Assembly (NCBI GenBank): GCA_031458695.1
Contig: JAVKJW010000045.1
Coordinates: forward strand, 1-13,107
Length of the DNA stretch: 13,107 nucleotides
Direction: 5' to 3'
Source: Candidatus Thermofontivivens primus
GTDB taxonomy: Bacteria; Sysuimicrobiota; Sysuimicrobiia; Sysuimicrobiales; Thermofontiviventaceae
The notes under the pieces are model-generated. The model saw nothing but the letters and a program-made list of their open reading frames with translations. It did not search any database and was not told where the DNA came from. The translations under genes and the position numbers were made by a program. Shown here piece by piece: positions 6,630 through 13,107 of the stretch (within the stretch, counting starts at the first letter, position 1; every line of letters begins with the position of its first letter).

Positions 6630-6723
6630 CGTACTTTCCCATTCCATGCGTCCAATCTCCCGCAAAAGGAGATGGGGCAAGCCGAAGCTAAATCTCCTGC
6701 AAGGAAAGGGTAAAGAGGAGGAA

Positions 6724-6754
6724 GTGCAACAGACAGGGCCTTCTGCCTGTACAC
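6724..6754 (-). terminator. Possible terminator hairpin after the response regulator
   Basis: Minus strand reads ACAGGCAG-AAGGCC-CTGTCTGT (one G.U), just after the stop at 6763, followed by a pyrimidine-rich tract rather than a clean U-run. Confidence 0.3.
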
Positions 6755-6762
6755 CCAACGAA

Positions 6763-7443
6763 CTATTTGGAGGTGGGGGGTTCCCGGATCAGCCCTTCGC
6801 GGATAGCGTACATAGCGGCCTGAACGCGGTTCTGGAGATGGAGCTTCTCCAGGATGTTGCGAAGATGGTTTTTGACCGTATTCTCCGAGATTCCTAGCTT
6901 TCGGGCGATTTCCTTATTGGCATCTCCTATGGCCACGAGCTCCAGGATCTCCCGCTCCCTTGGAGTGAGGAGCTCAGTTCCTGCAGGCGGCCTGGGAGCT
7001 TCTATCCCTCGCTTGAACTCTTGCAGAATCTTTGAGGCCATGAGGGGATCGATAGGTGCCTCCCCCCTCCTGACTCCTTCGAGGTAGCGGATCAGCTCCT
7101 CGGGTTCCAGGTTCTTCAGGAGGTAACCAGAAGCGCCGCTCTTGATCGCCTCAAACAGGTCCTGTTCCTCATCGGAGACGGTGAGCATGAGGATCTTCAC
7201 ATAGGGCATTTCGGCTTTGATGCGGCGGGTCGCCTCGAGCCCATTGACCTTCGGCATCCGGATGTCCATGAGGATGACGTCCGGCATCAACTCCTTGGCC
7301 TTCTCCAGTGCCTCCTCTCCGTCGCTCGCCTCCCCGATGACCTCCAGGTTGGCCTGCTGGCTCAAAAGGCTCACGAGACCCTTGCGGAACAGGGTGTGAT
7401 CATCCACGATGAGCACCCTTACCTTCTCATTTTCCATGACCAT
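6763..7443 (-). CDS. NarL/FixJ (LuxR-type HTH) response regulator
   Basis: REC domain (VLIVDDH, DVILMDIRMP, LMLT, GASGYLLK) plus LuxR HTH (LTPREREILELVAIGDANKEIARKLGISENTVKNHLRNILEKL). RBS GAGGGGG favours ATG 7443 or 7437 over the ORF-track start at 7509. Confidence 0.95.
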   Translation of the reverse strand: MVMENEKVRVLIVDDHTLFRKGLVSLLSQQANLEVIGEASDGEEALEKAKELMPDVILMDIRMPKVNGLEATRRIKAEMPYVKILMLTVSDEEQDLFEAIKSGASGYLLKNLEPEELIRYLEGVRRGEAPIDPLMASKILQEFKRGIEAPRPPAGTELLTPREREILELVAIGDANKEIARKLGISENTVKNHLRNILEKLHLQNRVQAAMYAIREGLIREPPTSK

Positions 7444-7533
7444 TGCCCCCTCATAATTTTTCCCTCTCACCCTCATCCTTTCCCTCCAAGAAGAGGGGAA
7501 CCGCAACACCCCGACAAGGCACAGGAACCTACC

Positions 7534-10083
7534 CTAGTGGCCGCGGGGGACGGTGACGATCACTTTTGTCCCTTTCCCCGGTGAGGAAATGATCTCTAGC
7601 TCTCCCCCCACGCTCTCTGCCCGCTCCCGCATGGTCACCAGGCCATAATGGCCGCGTTGGGCCAAGGCAGTTGGGACATCGAACCCTACCCCCTCGTCCT
7701 CTACAGTAATCCGGACGGACCCTTCGAGTCCTTCAATCCGGACCCGCGCCCTGTCGGTCCCTGCATGTTTTCGAACGTTGGTGAGTGCTTCCTGTACAAT
7801 ACGCAGGATCTGTGTCCCTGTTGTGGGGGGAATCGACACCTTCTCTCCCGTCACCTCAAGGGATACCTCTATCCCGGTCTGGTGCTGGAACTGCTCAATA
7901 TATTCCTTGACCGCAGGCACAATTCCCTGAGGGTAGGTCGAGGGCGTGCGCAGGTTCAAGATCGACTGGCGGACGTCTGCATAGGCGTCCTGGATGGCCC
8001 GGCGCATCTGGACCAACTCTTCCCTGACCTCCTCATTCCTCCCGGAGCTCAGGAGGTCCTCCAGGACTTTTGTCTTGAGGTTGAGGTAACCCAGGACCTG
8101 ACCCAGGCCATCGTGCATCTCCCGGGCGATGCGGTCCCTTTCCTCGAGGATCGCCAAGCTCTGGACCTGCTCGTAGAGACGGGCGTTCTCAATGGCGATC
8201 GCCGCGTGGTAGGCAAGCCGGGCAAGCAAAGCCACATCCTCCTCCCCGAACCTCCGGGTTGTCCTCCTGGCCACTGTGAGCGCGCCCAGGACTCGTTCAC
8301 CCACGGTGATAGGGACCGAGAGATGCGCCCTAAGACCTTCCTCGCGCACCAGCGGGTCAAGCTCATGGGTCAAGGATGGATCCACCAAGTAGTCCTCTGT
8401 CATCACCACTTGCCCAGTCGCCACCACCCGCCCACTTACACCGTGTCCCGGCTTCAGCCGGACGCCTGCCAGGGCTCCCACCTGGAGACCACTCCATGCC
8501 CGCACCACGATTTCCTCCGATCCGGGCTCCACCAAACTCACCAGCGCTGCATCCCCTTCCAAGAGCACCCTGGCCTTCTCTGCGACCAGCTTGAGGATCT
8601 CCTCAATCTTGGAGAGTCGGGAGATCTCCATCCCCACGGCATAGAGCGCTTCTGCTTCCTGGCGGCGACGCTGGGTCTCCGCGAACAACATGGCGTTCGT
8701 GATCGCCACCCCGACCTGGGAGGCTACGGAGGTCAAGAGATCGAGATCTTGAGGGGAGAACCGGTGTCCCTCCCTGGCCAAGAGAATCATCTCCCCGAGG
8801 ACCTCCCCCTTGGCCTCGAGGGGCACCTTGATGAAGGCACGGGTTGCGCCCTCAAGGACGATTTCCCCGCTCAAGGATTTCCCCCGCTCCAGGCGGCCGA
8901 TGCCACGGAGAAGATCCGGGTGCGCACCTGAACAAACTTCCAGGGGCTCCCCCGCCTTGCCGTTGGTCAGGAAGATCCCGCTGGCTTCCACGGGAAAGAT
9001 CGCCCCCAACTGTTCTAGGGTAGCCTTCAGGATCCCCTCGAGTTCCAGGGAGCGGCTGAGGGTTGTGGCGATGGCATGGATCGCGGCAAGCTCCCGGTAA
9101 CGCTGGAAAAGCTCCTGGGTTCGGGCCTGTACCTGGGCCTCGACATCTTCCTGAGCCCGCTTGGCCAGCATAAGCGCTTCCTGCTGCGCACGGAATCGCT
9201 CCTCGTTGCTCTCCTGGAGCCTCCTCCGGTACTCGATCTCAAATACCCGCAGAGTCCGTACGATGAAGTAGGCGATGGCCACTGCTGAGAGCGCCCGGAA
9301 GAGGTGCGGCGGGACACCAACCACCGAGAGGAAGGTGTTGTAGTTCAACACAGAAGCTGGGAAGACCGGCGCCGGGGGGACGATCAAGCCTGCCACGACA
9401 GCATTGAAAGCGAAGGCCAGGGAGGCCCAACGAGAATCCCTGGCAATGTGGGGGAGACCCATCTGGTGGAACTGGCGCGTTTGCAACCATAACGCCACAG
9501 CGGCAAGAAGGGAACCCGGGAAATAAAGGAGATAGCGCGCCCACACGTCGGCGATGGCAGCAGGCGGCCAACCTGCAGGAGGGATGGGTACTGGAGGAGC
9601 CGGTGCAGTGTGGCAGCGTAGACAGGAATCCCCTTGGAGGCCAGGCCGGATCGCCGGGACGCCCCCGGGGAGAGCGGGAAGGTGAGGGACCACCGCCCAG
9701 TTGATCAACCAGAAAGCCGCAAGGAGGGGCGGTAGCCACTGAACCCAGCTAAACCTCGGGCTGAGGAGGCGGATCAAAGTGACAGCGAACTGGGCGAGGA
9801 GGAAAGTGGAGAGAACGAGGAGGCCCGTCCTGGTGATACGCAGGAGAGCAATGATCTCTGCTCCCCAAGGAGGTGGCAACAGGAGGACCATGTCGATCCA
9901 TTCTACAGAAGCATGGGTGAGGCCGAACGCAGCGAGGTAGCCAAGGCTCCGCTGTAACACCAGTTCACTTGCCCTGCGAGACTCCAGGGCAATGGCCAGG
10001 CCCATGGAGAAGAAGGCCAAGCCATAGATGAAGAAGATGAACAGCATATTTGCGCTGGACGTGGCCAACGCCGCACTCCACAC
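7534..10083 (-). CDS. Membrane sensor histidine kinase: about 7 TM helices with an outer-loop CxxCH, coiled coil, two GAF domains, HisKA_3 and HATPase
   Basis: H-box ERDRIAREMHDGLGQ, N-box EALTNVRKHA, G-boxes DEGVGFD, GHYGL..MRERA and GKGT. Two GAF-like repeats end in GVAITNAMLF and AIAIENARLY. The hydrophobic N-terminal ~280 aa contain FGLTHASVEW and CLRCH. The start may be TTG 10068 (GGAG 7 nt upstream). Confidence 0.95.
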   Translation of the reverse strand: MWSAALATSSANMLFIFFIYGLAFFSMGLAIALESRRASELVLQRSLGYLAAFGLTHASVEWIDMVLLLPPPWGAEIIALLRITRTGLLVLSTFLLAQFAVTLIRLLSPRFSWVQWLPPLLAAFWLINWAVVPHLPALPGGVPAIRPGLQGDSCLRCHTAPAPPVPIPPAGWPPAAIADVWARYLLYFPGSLLAAVALWLQTRQFHQMGLPHIARDSRWASLAFAFNAVVAGLIVPPAPVFPASVLNYNTFLSVVGVPPHLFRALSAVAIAYFIVRTLRVFEIEYRRRLQESNEERFRAQQEALMLAKRAQEDVEAQVQARTQELFQRYRELAAIHAIATTLSRSLELEGILKATLEQLGAIFPVEASGIFLTNGKAGEPLEVCSGAHPDLLRGIGRLERGKSLSGEIVLEGATRAFIKVPLEAKGEVLGEMILLAREGHRFSPQDLDLLTSVASQVGVAITNAMLFAETQRRRQEAEALYAVGMEISRLSKIEEILKLVAEKARVLLEGDAALVSLVEPGSEEIVVRAWSGLQVGALAGVRLKPGHGVSGRVVATGQVVMTEDYLVDPSLTHELDPLVREEGLRAHLSVPITVGERVLGALTVARRTTRRFGEEDVALLARLAYHAAIAIENARLYEQVQSLAILEERDRIAREMHDGLGQVLGYLNLKTKVLEDLLSSGRNEEVREELVQMRRAIQDAYADVRQSILNLRTPSTYPQGIVPAVKEYIEQFQHQTGIEVSLEVTGEKVSIPPTTGTQILRIVQEALTNVRKHAGTDRARVRIEGLEGSVRITVEDEGVGFDVPTALAQRGHYGLVTMRERAESVGGELEIISSPGKGTKVIVTVPRGH

Positions 10084-10161
10084 TCCTTCGCCCCTGACAA
10101 GATCCTGCCCACGGATTCTGCAGGGGACCCGCTCGCTGTACCTTTTACGCCCTCCCTAGTG

Positions 10162-10167
10162 ATTATA
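10162..10167 (-). promoter_or_regulatory. Putative -10 element of the kinase/regulator promoter
   Basis: Perfect TATAAT on the minus strand about 80-95 nt upstream of the kinase start; no consensus -35 seen. Confidence 0.5.
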
Positions 10168-10215
10168 GCCCTCCCCCTGAAGGACTGCACATAAGCTCCT
10201 CATCCGATGACAAGA

Positions 10216-10260
10216 TCAGGTGCATACCCTATAGGGCTTGCGCCCCTTCCTCCTTAGAAT
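10216..10260 (+). promoter_or_regulatory. Putative activator-dependent promoter of the sdh/frd operon
   Basis: TCAGGTGCATACCCTA (10216-10231), TAGGGC, 17 nt, TAGAAT (10255-10260). Confidence 0.55.
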
Positions 10261-10286
10261 AAATAATGGTGTTTGGGAGGTCGCCT

Positions 10287-11999
10287 GTGGTAGAGACTGT
10301 CACCCATGATCTGATCATCCTCGGTGCAGGCCTTGCCGGGCTGAGGGCAGCTCTTGAGGCGGCCCGTCTCTACGGCAAGAAGCTCAATATCGCCATCGTC
10401 TCCAAAGTCCAGCTCATGCGCGCCCACTCCGTCGCCGCCGAAGGAGGCACGGCGGCCGTCCTCCGGCCTGAGGAAGGGGATAGCCTGGAGCTGCACGCCT
10501 GGGACACCGTCAAAGGGAGCGACTTCCTCGCAGATCAGGATGCCGTGATGCTCTTCGTCCAAGAGATGCCACGGGAGATCCTCCAGTTGGAGCACTGGGG
10601 GCTCCCCTGGTCTCGGCGCCCCGATGGTTACATTGCCCAGCGCCCCTTCGGCGGACATAGCTTCCCTCGCGCCGTCTTCGCTGCTGATAAGACTGGCTTC
10701 TTCGAGATGCAAACCCTCTACGACACCCTCCAGCGCCACGCCGACGTCACTCGCTACGAGGAATGCTTCGCCACGACGATCTTTGTGGAGGACGGCCGGT
10801 TTCGGGGCTTGATGGCCATCGAGATGCGGACTGGGCGCCTCCTGGCGATTCGGGGGAAGGCCCTGATCATTGCTACAGGCGGCGCCGGGCGTCTCTACGG
10901 GTTCACCACCTACTCCCAGACGGTCACCGGCGACGGGCTTGCCCTGGCCTACCGGTCAGGCATTCCCCTGAAAGATATGGAGTTCTTCCAGTTCCACCCC
11001 ACTGGGCTCGTTCCGTCAGGGATCCTCATCACCGAGGCCGCCCGGGGAGAGGGCGGGTACCTCATCAATAACAAGGGTGAGCGGTTCATGGAGCGCTATG
11101 CTCCCCAGCGGATGGAGCTAGCCCCCCGTGACATCGTCTCCCGCTCCATGATCACGGAGATCGAGGAAGGCCGCGGCTATCCCGGACCCAATGGCCTCGA
11201 CTACCTCCTCCTCGACCTCCGCCATCTTGGGAAGGAGAAGATCAACGAGCGCCTGCCGTTCATCCGGGAGCTGGCCATCAAGTTTGCAGGCATTGACCCT
11301 ATCGAGGAGCCCATTCCTGTCCGGCCCGTTTCCCATTACTCTATGGGCGGGATCCATACGGACATCCGCGGAGCAACCCCCGTGGAGGGGATCTGGGCTG
11401 CAGGGGAGGCAGCCTGTGTCTCCATCCATGGAGCGAACCGCCTAGGTTGCAACTCCACCGCGGAGTGCCTGGTTTGGGGGAAGATCACCGGGGAGGAGGC
11501 CGGCCGTTACGCAGAATCCCATGACCTCCTTCCTCTCTCGAGTGGACTCGTGGAGGATGAGGAAAGGCGTCTTTTGTCCCTTCTCAACCAAGATGGCCAG
11601 GAAAGCCCCTACGCCATCCGCCGCGAGCTCCAGGAGATTATGGACACCTACGTTGGTGTCTTTCGCACCGGGGAGGGCCTTTCCACGGCCCTCGAGCGCA
11701 TCAAAAAGCTCCAGGAGCGGGCTCGCAGGCTCCGGGTACAGGACAAGGGAAGGATCTATAATACCGACCTCACGACCACGCTGGAGCTTCTGAATATGCT
11801 GGAGATCGCCGAGGTAGTCGTCGCCGGAGCATTGGCAAGAACCGAGTCCCGCGGGGCCCACGCGCGAAGGGACTTCCCGAACCGGGACGATGAGCGTTGG
11901 CTCGTCCACACGCTTGCCTACAGAACTCCGGAAGGGCCCAGGTTGGAGTACATCCCAGTCCGGATCACCATCTGGAAACCAGTGGAGAGGAAGTACTAG
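10287..11999 (+). CDS. sdhA: Succinate dehydrogenase / fumarate reductase flavoprotein subunit
   Basis: GAGLAG FAD-binding motif, covalent-FAD His motif RAHSVAAEGG, QFHPT, TEAARGEGG, ELAPRD, HYSMGG, HGANRLG, ESRGAH and C-terminal ERKY. Start placed at GTG 10287 (GGGAGG 6 nt upstream); ATG 10266 sits at about the predicted transcription start. Confidence 0.96.
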   Translation: MVETVTHDLIILGAGLAGLRAALEAARLYGKKLNIAIVSKVQLMRAHSVAAEGGTAAVLRPEEGDSLELHAWDTVKGSDFLADQDAVMLFVQEMPREILQLEHWGLPWSRRPDGYIAQRPFGGHSFPRAVFAADKTGFFEMQTLYDTLQRHADVTRYEECFATTIFVEDGRFRGLMAIEMRTGRLLAIRGKALIIATGGAGRLYGFTTYSQTVTGDGLALAYRSGIPLKDMEFFQFHPTGLVPSGILITEAARGEGGYLINNKGERFMERYAPQRMELAPRDIVSRSMITEIEEGRGYPGPNGLDYLLLDLRHLGKEKINERLPFIRELAIKFAGIDPIEEPIPVRPVSHYSMGGIHTDIRGATPVEGIWAAGEAACVSIHGANRLGCNSTAECLVWGKITGEEAGRYAESHDLLPLSSGLVEDEERRLLSLLNQDGQESPYAIRRELQEIMDTYVGVFRTGEGLSTALERIKKLQERARRLRVQDKGRIYNTDLTTTLELLNMLEIAEVVVAGALARTESRGAHARRDFPNRDDERWLVHTLAYRTPEGPRLEYIPVRITIWKPVERKY

Positions 12000-12084
12000 C
12001 TGTGATGCGATAGACCCCTCACCTGACCTGACGTTGGATCATCCTCCCAGAGGGAGCAGGTGGGGACGGAAATGGAGGGAGCCA

Positions 12085-12513
12085 ATGAACCGGAGCAACC
12101 GCCTGGGAGTGAGGGGATGGGTGTGGGCAGGGCGTTTTGGTGTGGAGCGGTACCTGTACACCCTCCATCGCGTCACAGGAATTGGGCTTGTCATCTACCT
12201 CTTCCTCCACATCTATGAGACAGGCATCCGCCTGCAAGGGCGGGAGGCTTGGGAAGCGACGATGGCTCTGTTCCGGACCCCTTTCTTCGTCTTCCTTGAG
12301 TATGTGTTGTTCGTGGGTTTCATCTTTCATGCCGTGAACGGGCTGCGGCTGATCTTCACCGAACTCGGGTATGCCCTGGGGAAGCCAACGCGCCCCGTCT
12401 ACCCGTACCGTACCTCGGTGCTTCGCCATCGTCCGGTGGTGTATGTGATCATGATCCTCATGGCGATTCTCATCGTCCTAGGAGGTGTGGACATTTTCCT
12501 CTTGCCGGGGTAG
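12085..12513 (+). CDS. sdhC: Succinate dehydrogenase cytochrome b subunit
   Basis: YTLHRVTG and FHAVNGLR motifs, 3 TM segments; RBS GGAGGGAG before ATG 12085. The ORF-track start at 11890 overlaps sdhA. Confidence 0.9.
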   Translation: MNRSNRLGVRGWVWAGRFGVERYLYTLHRVTGIGLVIYLFLHIYETGIRLQGREAWEATMALFRTPFFVFLEYVLFVGFIFHAVNGLRLIFTELGYALGKPTRPVYPYRTSVLRHRPVVYVIMILMAILIVLGGVDIFLLPG

Positions 12514-12594
12514 GTAGTGCACCCCCTGTGGGTGCCGAGAATAGGGCAGGTGCAGAGGCCTGCCCGTTGGGATAGGGAATTCGGAGGGAGGAGA

Positions 12595-12957
12595 ATGCGA
12601 GAATCCATCTGGTGGACAGTCTCTATTGCCTGCGCTGTCGTCATGGTCCTCCTCCTCTCTTTGCACATGGGAATCATGCACCTCGCAGGCCTCCTCAACG
12701 TCTTGGGCTTGAACCTGGGGGATGTGCGCGCCTTTAGCGCTGTGGTCGCGCGGGGAAAGAACCCCGTTCAGATGGTGGTCTATGTGATCTTCCTCGCCGT
12801 CGCCCTGTATCATGGACTCTACGGGCTCCGGGGGATCCTCCTGGAGGTGACGCAAAACAGGCGGTGGGAAGTGACGATCACGGGCCTTCTCTTCCTCGCT
12901 GGCATCGCCGCCTTTGTCTACGGGACGTATGTAACGGTCAAGACCTTTACAGGGTGA
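12595..12957 (+). CDS. sdhD: Succinate dehydrogenase membrane anchor subunit
   Basis: 3 TM segments, LYHGLYGLRGILLE motif, RBS GGAGGGAGGAG before ATG 12595. Confidence 0.85.
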   Translation: MRESIWWTVSIACAVVMVLLLSLHMGIMHLAGLLNVLGLNLGDVRAFSAVVARGKNPVQMVVYVIFLAVALYHGLYGLRGILLEVTQNRRWEVTITGLLFLAGIAAFVYGTYVTVKTFTG

Positions 12958-12963
12958 GACGCG

Positions 12964-13107
12964 ATGCTCGCTGAAGATCAAAAAAAGGTCGTCTTTCGCA
13001 TCTTCCGCTTCAACCCAGGAGATGGAGGTGCTCCCCGCTTCCAGGAGTACACAGTACCAGTCCAGAAGGGAATGACCGTGCTTGATGGCCTCGTCTATAT
13101 CAAGGAG
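12964..13107 (+). CDS. sdhB: Succinate dehydrogenase iron-sulfur subunit, 5' fragment
   Basis: Manual translation gives MLAEDQKKVVFRIFRFNPGDGGAPRFQEYTVPVQKGMTVLDGLVYIKE, the typical SdhB/FrdB N-terminus (RIFRFNP...Y.VP...TVLD.L..IK). It runs off the window end. Confidence 0.88.
   Translation, partial: MLAEDQKKVVFRIFRFNPGDGGAPRFQEYTVPVQKGMTVLDGLVYIKE

Noticed and set aside
7648..8931. 427-aa plus-strand ORF
   Set aside because: Lies wholly antisense to the histidine kinase and has no domain signature.
11890..12594. Long N-terminal extensions of SdhC (from 11890) and SdhD (from 12517) in the ORF track
   Set aside because: Strong RBSs precede ATG 12085 and ATG 12595, and the extensions overlap sdhA or hairpin spacer DNA.

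Overview
GC-rich (roughly 60% by eye) bacterial anaerobic-respiration and redox-regulation locus with no mobile elements, CRISPR arrays or RNA genes seen. The minus strand, read from right to left, carries: a 7-TM, two-GAF, HisKA_3 sensor kinase with a single CxxCH motif in a Pro-rich predicted outer loop; a NarL/LuxR-family response regulator; a 120-aa repetitive coiled-coil protein; a stand-alone pseudo-receiver protein; a small 2-TM protein; a small two-CxxCH protein; a membrane-anchored 7-heme cytochrome c with a cytochrome b partner (CbcBA-like); a P1B-4 metal-exporting ATPase; and the 5' part of an HdrC/HdrD-like Fe-S protein missing from the ORF track. The plus strand carries a divergent succinate dehydrogenase/fumarate reductase operon in the order A-C-D-B, with B truncated by the window edge. 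Five putative promoters share one geometry: a 16-bp imperfect palindrome, a non-consensus -35 hexamer, a 17-bp spacer and a -10-like hexamer. Extra TAG-N10-CTA boxes lie upstream of some of them. My inference is a self-contained regulon in which a putative heme-c redox-sensing kinase controls quinone-pool electron-transfer modules.
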